From: Candidatus Latescibacterota bacterium | GTDB taxonomy: Bacteria; Latescibacterota; UBA2968; UBA8231 | Direction of reading: 5' to 3' | Assembly (NCBI GenBank): GCA_965206595.1 | Contig: OZ242214.1 | Location: forward strand, 4,416,001-4,480,000 | Length of the DNA stretch: 64,000 bases | Part shown: positions 10,324-18,486 of the stretch, piece after piece | Layout: each line of letters begins with the position of its first letter | Position numbering within the stretch: the first letter of the stretch is position 1 | Translations under genes and position numbers: made by a program | The notes under the pieces: generated by a model | Told to the model about the DNA's origin: nothing | What the model saw: only the letters and a program-made list of their open reading frames with translations | The model's database searches: none

Positions 10324-10651
10324 GGGTTCCTTGGTGTTTTATGTATGGGGATTTTGGCGATAGCCGTGAAATGCGGAGGCGTAAAGTAAAGGGCCCGGAG
10401 GCCCTCCGGTCAAACCTGGGGATTGGTTCCCACCCCTTGGCAGGCGTAGCTTAAAATGCCCGTTGAAACGGTCCAGGCCGCTGCCGGTCCCGGCGGCCGC
10501 AACCCCTTTCGGTTCGTGTCCGGAATGGCTTCGACGCTTCCTGAAACCCTCGAAGATCTTTCCGAATTCCGCGTCGCGCCCGCAGCGGCCGCGCCCCTTG
10601 TTCCTGCCGCAAGGCTGCACTCCGGCGGAGGTACTCCCTGAGCGGGATCAC

Positions 10652-11137
10652 GTGCCGACAGTAGCGGAAAAGGCTGGCTTGACGAACCGGAAAAACCCGC
10701 GGCTGTGGATAATTCCCTTGCTGCTGGCGGCCTGCCAGCAGGAGGAACGGCCGCCGCTTGTGATCGAGGTGACCGGTGACGACTACTACTGGCATCTGCG
10801 TTACCCCGGGCCGGACGGGGTGCTGCACACCGGGGACGACGTCGCCGCGGTGAGCGACCTTTACCTGCCTGCCGGCGAAGCCGCGGAGATCAGGTTGACC
10901 AGCGCCGATTTCCTCTACTTGTTCGCCCTCCCCGAGCTCGGGCTGTCGCAGGTAGCGGTCCCCGATCTCTGGTTTTCACTCCCCCTGAAAGTGGACATGG
11001 AAAAGGACTACCGGCTCGAAGGAGACCAGATGTGCGGCTTCAGCCACGATTCCCTGATGGGAACCCTGTACGTGCAATCGCGGCGGGACTACGACGACTG
11101 GATGCGGCGCGCCGCCGAGGAGGGGGAGCCGGAATGA
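10652..11137 (+). CDS. Lipoprotein with cytochrome c oxidase subunit II-like cupredoxin domain and degenerate CuA site
   Basis: Lipobox LLAAC; IEVTGDDYYW, LTSAD and MCGFSH; start uncertain (GTG 10652 or TTG 10679). Confidence 0.7.
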   Translation: MPTVAEKAGLTNRKNPRLWIIPLLLAACQQEERPPLVIEVTGDDYYWHLRYPGPDGVLHTGDDVAAVSDLYLPAGEAAEIRLTSADFLYLFALPELGLSQVAVPDLWFSLPLKVDMEKDYRLEGDQMCGFSHDSLMGTLYVQSRRDYDDWMRRAAEEGEPE

Positions 11138-13071
11138 GCATCCGGTCCTTCTATTTGGAAAGGGGAATCCTCGCCATCCTGTCGGCGCCCCTCCTCGCCG
11201 GGCCCACCCGGGCGGCGGAGCGCACCGTGGTCCCGTACCCCCCCGAGGTCGCGGCCCCCGAGTGGGTCGAGAGCCGCCGGGCGCGCCAGTTGGAGAGCCG
11301 CCATCGCTTCGAGGCATATATCGATTTCAGCTTCGCCGACCGCCGGGAAGAGACAGGGATCACCTTTGCCAACGTCTCCACCAGCGACACCGGCAAGCGC
11401 TACAAGGCCTCCCACTACGACCACGGCAACGGCATTGCGGTCGCCGACGCCGACGGCGACGGCCTCCCCGACATCTACTTCTCCAACATGGCAGCGGCCA
11501 ACGAGCTGTGGCGCAACGCCGGCTCCGGGCGCTTCGAGGCGGTCCCTTCGGAAGTCCTGGCCCTGTCGCAGGCGATCGGGGTGGCGGCTTCCTTCGCCGA
11601 CGTCGACAACGACGGCGACCCCGACCTGTTCGCGACCACTGTCCGGGGCGGAAACTACCTGTTCGAGAACGGCGGACTAGGTGAGTTCGCCGACGTCACC
11701 CGGCGGGCGGGCCTGGAGTACGAAGGGCACTCCTCGGCCGCGGTGTTTTTCGACTACGATCTCGACGGCATGCTCGACCTGTTCGTCGCCAACGTCGGCG
11801 TTTTCACCACGGAAACCGTCGTCACCGCTCCCCTCGATGCCCTGCACCCCGGCACCCCGGGGGAGTACACCTACTTCGAGGCCCACCCGGACGCCTTTGC
11901 CGGGCACCTCAAGCCGGAGCGGAACGAGCCCTCCATTCTGTACAGGAACAGGGACGGCTCGACGTTCGCGGACGTCACCTCGGCAATGGGGCTGGTCGAT
12001 TCGAGCTGGGCAGGGGCGGCGACGCCGATCGATGCCGACGAGGACGGGTGGATCGACCTCTACGTGCTCGACATGCAGGGGCACGACGAGTATTTCGAGA
12101 ACCGCGGGGGCAAGCGGTTCGCCAGGAAGAGCCGCGATGTCTTTCCGCACACGCCGTGGGGCTCGATGGGAGTCAAGGTCTTCGACTACGACAACGACGG
12201 CATGCTCGACCTCTTCGTCAGCGACATGCACTCCGACATGAGCGCCGAGGTCGGGCCCTGGGACGAGAAGTGGAAGGCGAGCATGCAGTTCCCCGAATCC
12301 TTCCTCCTCAGCGGCGGCTTGAGCCTTTACGGCAACGCCTTCTACCGGAAGACCGGCCCCGGCAGCTACGAGGAGATCTCCGACGCGGCCGGCGCCGAAA
12401 ACTACTGGCCCTGGGGCCTGAGCACGGGCGACCTGAACGCCGACGGCTTCGCGGACGTGTTCCTCGCCTCGAGCATGAACTACCCGTTCCGCTACGGGGT
12501 CAACACCGTGCTGATCAACAACCGGGGCTCGGGGTTTCTCGACAGCGAGTACCTGCTCGGGGTAGAGCCCCGCAAGGCTGGTGTCACCTCCAGGCCCTGG
12601 TTCTACCTCGACTGCGGCGGGGCCGACGCAGGCCACAAGCACTGCGAGGGGCAGGATGGCGTGGTCGAGGTCTGGGCAGCTGTCGGCACGCGCTCGTCGG
12701 CGATCTTCGACTTCGACGGGGACGGGGATCTCGACATCGTCACCAACGAATTCAACGACAGGCCGATGGTGCTGGTCAGCGATCTGTCCGAACGCCGGCC
12801 AATCCGCTTCCTCGAGGTGCGTCTGCGGGGCCGCAGCTCCAACCGGGACGGCCTCGGCGCAAGGGTCGAGGTCACCGCGGGGGGAAGGCGCTACACCAAG
12901 GTCAACGACGGGCAGTCCGGGTACCTGTCACAGAGCAGCCTGCCGCTCTATTTTGGCCTCGGCGACGCCGGCAGGGTCGATCTCGTCGAAGTGACCTGGC
13001 CTGGCGGAGGGAAGCAGTCGCTCGCCGAAGTCGACTGCAACCAGACGGTCGTCATCGAAGAGAACCAGTAG
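11134..13071 (+). CDS. CRTAC1 / ASPIC-UnbV family FG-GAP repeat protein
   Basis: About 7 DxDxDGxxD repeats; C-terminal NRDGLGARV…GYLSQS..LYFGLG…VTWPGG; ATGA overlap with the upstream gene. Confidence 0.9.
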   Translation: MSIRSFYLERGILAILSAPLLAGPTRAAERTVVPYPPEVAAPEWVESRRARQLESRHRFEAYIDFSFADRREETGITFANVSTSDTGKRYKASHYDHGNGIAVADADGDGLPDIYFSNMAAANELWRNAGSGRFEAVPSEVLALSQAIGVAASFADVDNDGDPDLFATTVRGGNYLFENGGLGEFADVTRRAGLEYEGHSSAAVFFDYDLDGMLDLFVANVGVFTTETVVTAPLDALHPGTPGEYTYFEAHPDAFAGHLKPERNEPSILYRNRDGSTFADVTSAMGLVDSSWAGAATPIDADEDGWIDLYVLDMQGHDEYFENRGGKRFARKSRDVFPHTPWGSMGVKVFDYDNDGMLDLFVSDMHSDMSAEVGPWDEKWKASMQFPESFLLSGGLSLYGNAFYRKTGPGSYEEISDAAGAENYWPWGLSTGDLNADGFADVFLASSMNYPFRYGVNTVLINNRGSGFLDSEYLLGVEPRKAGVTSRPWFYLDCGGADAGHKHCEGQDGVVEVWAAVGTRSSAIFDFDGDGDLDIVTNEFNDRPMVLVSDLSERRPIRFLEVRLRGRSSNRDGLGARVEVTAGGRRYTKVNDGQSGYLSQSSLPLYFGLGDAGRVDLVEVTWPGGGKQSLAEVDCNQTVVIEENQ

Positions 13072-13100
13072 CAGCATCACCCACTCATCGGGAGAAAGCC

Positions 13101-13304
13101 ATGTTCACCCTGATTCAGCTCCTGCCGCTGCGGCAACTCCTGCTGCTGCAGCTGCCCGCCTTCACCGTTTCCTTCGTCATCGCCGAGACGTTTTTCAAGT
13201 TCCACAGCTTCGCGCTCGAGACGGTCGCCTTCCTGGCGACCTGGTTCGCCTTCGACGGGGCCATCCGCCTGGGGGCCGCGGCCCTGCAGCGCTGGAAATC
13301 GTGA
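13101..13304 (+). CDS. Small two-helix membrane protein (67 aa)
   Basis: GGAG RBS; MFTLIQ…FVIAETFFKFHSFALETVAFLATWF; GTGA overlap with the next gene. Confidence 0.7.
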   Translation: MFTLIQLLPLRQLLLLQLPAFTVSFVIAETFFKFHSFALETVAFLATWFAFDGAIRLGAAALQRWKS

Positions 13305-14155
13305 GCGTCCCCGACAAGGGGATCGAGCGCCACCTCGCCCGCCTCGAGGTCGAGGGATTCTGCATAATCGAGGAGGTGATCCCGGCCTCCGGGGTCGTCG
13401 CCGTTCGCGACGCGGTGCTGGCCGCGGTGGAGTCGGTAGCCGAAGAGACCCTCGCCAAGGCCGCGGCGGTGCGCGCCAAGGGGCATCGCCTAAACGCGCT
13501 GGGGGTGCAAGCGGTCCCCGGGCTGCTCAACCTCGACCAGTCGGCGGCCCCCTGGCTCGCCGAGCCGCGGATCATGGCGATCGCCCGGGCGCTGTTCGGC
13601 GACTGGGTGCGCCTCAGCAACACCAGCGGACTGGTCAACTATCCGGGCAACGACCGCGCCTACTGGCACGCGGACTGGCCCTACAACCAGACCAACGCCG
13701 CCCACATCCCAGCGCCGTACCCCGACGAGGTGATGAAGTTGTCTTCGCTCTGGATGTTGTCGGAGTTCTCGCCGCGCACCGGGGGCACGCTGGTGGTTCC
13801 CGGCAGCCATCGCGCCCGCAACAACCCTTCCGGCGGGGACGGGGTGTTCGACCGCGAGCAGCCGCACCCTTCCGAACTGCAGATTTCCGGCAGCCCCGGA
13901 TGCGTCATGCTGTTCGACAGCCGCCTGTGGCACTGCGTCGCCCGCAACCTCAGCGACGAGCCGCGGGTGGCGATGAACGTCGGCTACCTGCCCTGGTGGC
14001 TCAGCATCGAGCCGACGCGGGAGAGCTCCCCCGATTTCGTCCGCATGGTGGTCGAGTCGGAGGGCAAGCCGAACATCACCCCCGATGTGCGGCCGGATGT
14101 GTACGAGCGGCTGCCCGAAGAGGTGAAGCCGCTAGTGCGGCACCTGGTAGCGTAG
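13301..14155 (+). CDS. PhyH family dioxygenase
   Basis: WHADWP, GGTLVVPGSH and DSRLWH motifs. Confidence 0.88.
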   Translation: MSVPDKGIERHLARLEVEGFCIIEEVIPASGVVAVRDAVLAAVESVAEETLAKAAAVRAKGHRLNALGVQAVPGLLNLDQSAAPWLAEPRIMAIARALFGDWVRLSNTSGLVNYPGNDRAYWHADWPYNQTNAAHIPAPYPDEVMKLSSLWMLSEFSPRTGGTLVVPGSHRARNNPSGGDGVFDREQPHPSELQISGSPGCVMLFDSRLWHCVARNLSDEPRVAMNVGYLPWWLSIEPTRESSPDFVRMVVESEGKPNITPDVRPDVYERLPEEVKPLVRHLVA

Positions 14156-14483
14156 TGCCTGCGCGCGCAATTCCGCGTCAATTCGGCCGCCCTCGCTCAT
14201 ACGCCTGCTTACGCGCCCAGGTATTAGCAGAGGACCCTGCTACCCCGGCGGGAGCTGTCGCGGCTGAGGGCCGATTCGTCATGGGATGCATCAAACCCTC
14301 AGATGTTCGACAGGGAACCGGCTCGAGCCGTGAATCCCCCGGAGAACCGCACCGCATTCCGGCGGCCCGATTCACTGCCACTGCCGGCCTCACAGAGATC
14401 GAAACCTCCCCTTGGCGCAAGGCCACAGGACAAAGCCCCGCGGTCCACCCGGCACTGAAACGAAAACAGCATCCACATAAGCG

Positions 14484-15656
14484 ATGATCGAATCCTTCGA
14501 CTATTTCTTTGGCGGCCACGTCGAGATGACGGACATGGGCTTCGCCGGCCTGCGCGTCGACGACCGCATCGAGAGCGACGGGCACCTGGCGACGGTGTTC
14601 GACGAAGCCCTGTCCATGGCGCAGCTGATGGAGCCGCTGAACTACGACACCCTGTGGCTGGCCGAGCACCACTTCCAGCGCGAGGGGTACGGGGGTATCG
14701 GCAACATCCCGCTGCTGAGCGTCTGGCTCGCCGGCAAGACGGAGCGGCTCAAGTTCGGAGCGATGTTCAACACGGTGCCGGCCTGGCACCCCTTGCGGCT
14801 GGCCGAGGACTTCGCCGCAGCCGACATCCTCACCAACGGCCGGGTGCGCTTCGGCATCGGCCGCGGTTACATCAACCGCGAGGTCGAGACCCTGGGGTCC
14901 CCCCTCGACGACGACGAGGCCAACCGCGAGCGCTTCGAGGAACAGGTCGACGTCATCTTCAAGGCCTGGAACGAGCAGAGCTTCTCGCACCGGGGAAGGC
15001 ATTTCGACATCCCGCCGAGGGTCATCTACCGCGAACAGGAGCTGGAAGAGCTCACCTTGGTCCCGCGCCCGCGGACCCTGCCGGTCGAGTGCTGGCAGCC
15101 GATCTTCAGCGTCAGTCCGCGCGGCATCGACTTCATGATGAAGCACGGAATCAAGGGGGTCGTGCCGGGAGGCGGGCGCGTCGACGAGATCGCCCGCAAG
15201 TGGCAGGCGGCGCACGCCGAGCGCGGCCGCGACACCGAGCTGGGGGAGGACCTGGCGCTGGTGCTGCAGGTGATGCTCGGCGACACCGAGGAGGAGGCGA
15301 TAGCCGAGGCAGAGGTCTGGTTCGAGGAGCAGCTCAAGGTGCTGTCGCCGCTCGACAGGATGCCGTTTCTCAAGCGGGAGCAGATCCTGGCGACCTACGA
15401 TCCGCAGAAGGCGCCGCAAGCCGGCCTGCCGACGGTGCGCGACCTGCAGCGCGACGGCGCCTGGATCTGCGGGCCGCCGGAGCTGGTGTACGAACGGATC
15501 TGCGACTACCAGGAGCGGCTGCCCGGGCTGCGGCGGGTCTCGGTGGGAGCCGGGGCACTGGCGATTCCGCCGAGCGTGCTCAGGCGCAACATCGAGTGGT
15601 TCGGCCGGGAGGTGCTGCCGAGATTCGACGGCGCCGCCGCGGCCGCGGCGGGTTGA
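14484..15656 (+). CDS. Luciferase-like (LLM class) flavin-dependent oxidoreductase
   Basis: WLAEHHF, HPLRLAEDFAAADILTNGRVRFGIGRGY. Confidence 0.92.
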   Translation: MIESFDYFFGGHVEMTDMGFAGLRVDDRIESDGHLATVFDEALSMAQLMEPLNYDTLWLAEHHFQREGYGGIGNIPLLSVWLAGKTERLKFGAMFNTVPAWHPLRLAEDFAAADILTNGRVRFGIGRGYINREVETLGSPLDDDEANRERFEEQVDVIFKAWNEQSFSHRGRHFDIPPRVIYREQELEELTLVPRPRTLPVECWQPIFSVSPRGIDFMMKHGIKGVVPGGGRVDEIARKWQAAHAERGRDTELGEDLALVLQVMLGDTEEEAIAEAEVWFEEQLKVLSPLDRMPFLKREQILATYDPQKAPQAGLPTVRDLQRDGAWICGPPELVYERICDYQERLPGLRRVSVGAGALAIPPSVLRRNIEWFGREVLPRFDGAAAAAAG

Positions 15657-15664
15657 GGATAATC

Positions 15665-16501
15665 ATGGAACAACAGGACCGGACCAACAGAACCAAGGCG
15701 GCCGCCGCCCGCGGCGAGACCGTCTTCGTCCCCGAGATCAACCGGATTTTCGATCCGGTGGTCATCGAGCTGATCGCCGAGGCCGGGTACCGCTGCGCCT
15801 GGGTCGACATGGAGCACTCCCACGCCAGCCTGGACAAGCTGTCGTCGATGATCCTGGCGGCGCGCACCGTCGGCCTCGACCTCTTCGTGCGCATACCGAA
15901 GGGGCCGTACAACCAGGTGATCAAACCGCTCGAGCTCGGTGCCGCCGGCCTGATCTGGCCGCACTGCCGCAGCGCCGAGGAGGCGCGCCGGTTCGTCAGC
16001 ATGGGGAAGTTTCAGCCGCTCGGCCTGCGCGGCATGGGGGGCGGCCGCGACTCCCGCTACGGCGCCGACGATACCGCCGAGTACCTCGACCGCGCCAACG
16101 AGCAGACGCTGCTCGGGGTGATGATCGAGGATGCGGAAGGGGTGGAGGTGGTCGAGGAGATCGCCGCGGTCCCCGGGATCGACCTGTTGTTCGTCGGGCC
16201 CGGAGATCTCTCCCACAGCTGCGGCACCATCCGCGAGCCGGGAAAGCCGCACCTGCACGCCCCGGTGCTGGCCGCCTACGAGCGCGTCGGCGCCGCCTGC
16301 CGGACCAACGGCAAGGTGATGGGCACCGCGGTCGACCCGGGCGCGGAGATGGCCGAAGTCGTGAAACGCGGGGTGCGCTGGCTCAACTGCTGCCACGAGC
16401 TGCGCGCCGTCACCGCCGGGTACGGAAGCACCCTCGCGGAAACCCGAACAATCGTCGACAACCATTCGGCAGCAGCGAAAAGCGAAAGGAGCAACCCGTG
16501 A
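15665..16501 (+). CDS. HpcH/HpaI aldolase family protein
   Basis: VDMEHS, PLGLRG, MIED and FVGPGDLS motifs. Confidence 0.9.
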   Translation: MEQQDRTNRTKAAAARGETVFVPEINRIFDPVVIELIAEAGYRCAWVDMEHSHASLDKLSSMILAARTVGLDLFVRIPKGPYNQVIKPLELGAAGLIWPHCRSAEEARRFVSMGKFQPLGLRGMGGGRDSRYGADDTAEYLDRANEQTLLGVMIEDAEGVEVVEEIAAVPGIDLLFVGPGDLSHSCGTIREPGKPHLHAPVLAAYERVGAACRTNGKVMGTAVDPGAEMAEVVKRGVRWLNCCHELRAVTAGYGSTLAETRTIVDNHSAAAKSERSNP

Positions 16502-17175
16502 ACCTTGTCTTCGTCGGCATCGAGTACACCGGCAAATCGACGCTGGCCGCGGAAGTGATGGAGTGGGCGGAGCAGACCCTGGGCGGCGCCAGCCATTTCC
16601 ACGACCACTTCAGCATCCCCTCGAGCGAGCTGACTCCCGAAGCCCAGGAATCGGCGAAGAACACGCACCCCCAGTTCCTCGAGATGTTCCAGCGCTTCTC
16701 GCTGACCTACCACCTCGACCCCGGCTTCTACGGCGCCCCCGACCACAACCTCATGGGATTCGTGATCGAGGAGGCGGTGTACGCCCCGCTCTACTACGGG
16801 TACGGCGGCCCCGACAGCCAGTCGCCGCAGCGCAGCCCGGGGGGCCAGCGCACCGAGATGGCCCGCTTCTTCGAGGCCAAGATGCTGCAGAAAGCCCCGG
16901 ACACGGTGCTGGTGCTGTTCAAGGCGGACCCGGCGGTGATCCGCCGGCGCATGCGGGAGGCGCCGCACACCCACCAGATCGTCCGGGACGAGGACGTCGA
17001 GCACGTGCTGGCGCGGTTCGAGGAGGAGTTCGAGGCCTCGCTGATCCGCAAGCGGATCGTCCTCGACACCTCGACCGCGACCGTGCAGGAGACCCTGGCC
17101 GAGTTCGTGGAGAAGCACCTGCCGTTCTACAGCAACGCCGACCTGCTGCGGCTGCACCAGCGGGCCGGCGGGTGA
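16498..17175 (+). CDS. P-loop nucleoside/nucleotide kinase-like protein
   Basis: N-terminal VFVGIEYTGKST Walker A; LVLFKADPAVIRRR lid; IVLDTS; GTGA overlap. Confidence 0.7.
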   Translation: MNLVFVGIEYTGKSTLAAEVMEWAEQTLGGASHFHDHFSIPSSELTPEAQESAKNTHPQFLEMFQRFSLTYHLDPGFYGAPDHNLMGFVIEEAVYAPLYYGYGGPDSQSPQRSPGGQRTEMARFFEAKMLQKAPDTVLVLFKADPAVIRRRMREAPHTHQIVRDEDVEHVLARFEEEFEASLIRKRIVLDTSTATVQETLAEFVEKHLPFYSNADLLRLHQRAGG

Positions 17176-17242
17176 CGCGGCCGCAAAAATCAGCTTGGCC
17201 TCGGCCGCAGCGACTTCCGTTGAACCAGAACAGGAGATCGTC

Positions 17243-17672
17243 ATGCAGTTTTGCTATCCCGCACGGGCTCCATCCCGATCGCTCCGGCACGATCATCGTC
17301 TCGTTCCGGAACTTCCCCGAATGTCTCACATCCGGCGCCGACAAGGACTCCGCTCTAGTGGAGGCTCGCGACGCGCTCGAGGAGGCGGTTGCCGGCCGCA
17401 TCGACGACGAGGAGCCCATCCCGGTGCCGAGCCCGCGGCGTGCCGGCGAGCAACTCGTCGCCGTGCCGCCCGACATGGCTGCGAAGGCCGCCTTCGCCCT
17501 CGCGTTCCGCGCCAGCGGGCTTTCGCGCCTTGCTTTCGCTCGCCGCCTCGGCGTCAACGAAAAAGTCGTGCGGCGCATGCTCGATCCGCGTCACCACACG
17601 GCAGCCAACCGAATTCACAAAGCTCTGCGCGCCCTCGGTCAGGAACTCATCGTGGAGTCTCGTGCCGCGTAA
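17243..17672 (+). pseudogene. hicB: HicB-family antitoxin (with C-terminal HTH), +1 frameshift near 17265-17267
   Basis: AGGAG RBS; MQFCYPAR in one frame continues as LHPDRSGTIIVSFRNFPECLTSG…ARDALEEA…IPVPS in another; removing one G of GGG restores the ORF. Confidence 0.75.
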
Positions 17673-17682
17673 TACTTAAACT

Positions 17683-18486
17683 TTAAACCTGCAACACTGA
17701 ATCCTCGTTGTGGCCTTGCGGTTCGGGGTTTTCTACTCCATAGAGCAACTTCCCTATGAGTTCAGATGCTCGCACATCGAAATCCTTCTCGTGCAGGAGC
17801 GCGGCCCAGGAATCGAGATATTCCCTGAACGTCACATTAGCGCTTGGGTCCCAGTGGTCCAGCCAGCCACAATCGCGCCATAGGGAAGGATCTTCTATAA
17901 ACCGATCCAGCAGAAGAACGGCTATCGTACCGTTGAGTTTGCGCTCGTAGGGATACGCTTCTAGGGAATCGATGTTTTCGCTCAGCCATTTCTGAGAATC
18001 GCCAGAGCAAATGCGAGGATATTTTGCGGCCGTATCGTCGGCGTATGCCCTGAAATGTGGTGCAAATTCGACCGCGTCAATAATCTCGGCAGAGGGATGT
18101 TCTTTCCAGACCGTTGCGAGTCGATGCAGAACGAAGAGGGACGCTAGCTCGCAGAGGCTCTCCTCGAACCACTTGTGTTTGTGTTCCCTGTGGCGATCAA
18201 AGTTGGTCATCACGTGACATAGTTCGTGAGAGAACTGGTACACGTACTGACACCAGTACGTGTCGCGTGCGCTGATCCTGATCTCGTATGGCCGAAAGCC
18301 GTAGAATACGCGAGGGGCTTGGTTCCACCTAGCTACGCCGACCGGGGCGTCGGGAAGTTTTCCGAATGCATCCAACAAGACGTCAAATGCAGATTTCAGA
18401 ACCGCATGTACCGTGCGGAGGCTTGTTCCTCCCCAGTTGCCGTTTGCTATGATCAAGAGGGGAGAAGCTGTCACGTCGGCCATCAC
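17683..18486 (-). CDS. Hypothetical HExxH zinc metallopeptidase
   Basis: YQFSHELCH plus downstream WFEESLCE; more AT-rich than flanks; start overlaps the ATPase stop. Confidence 0.7.
   Translation of the reverse strand: MMADVTASPLLIIANGNWGGTSLRTVHAVLKSAFDVLLDAFGKLPDAPVGVARWNQAPRVFYGFRPYEIRISARDTYWCQYVYQFSHELCHVMTNFDRHREHKHKWFEESLCELASLFVLHRLATVWKEHPSAEIIDAVEFAPHFRAYADDTAAKYPRICSGDSQKWLSENIDSLEAYPYERKLNGTIAVLLLDRFIEDPSLWRDCGWLDHWDPSANVTFREYLDSWAALLHEKDFDVRASELIGKLLYGVENPEPQGHNEDSVLQV

Noticed and set aside
10356-10450. Possible c-di-GMP-I riboswitch (GGCGATA…GAAA…GGCGTAAAG…TGGCAG)
   Set aside because: Deviates from the GGCAAA and GACGCAAAG consensus and P2 pairs poorly; it would need an Infernal hit to accept
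10652-11137. Functional cytochrome c oxidase subunit II (coxB)
   Set aside because: Lacks two CuA ligands and the TM hairpin, and has no neighbouring subunit I
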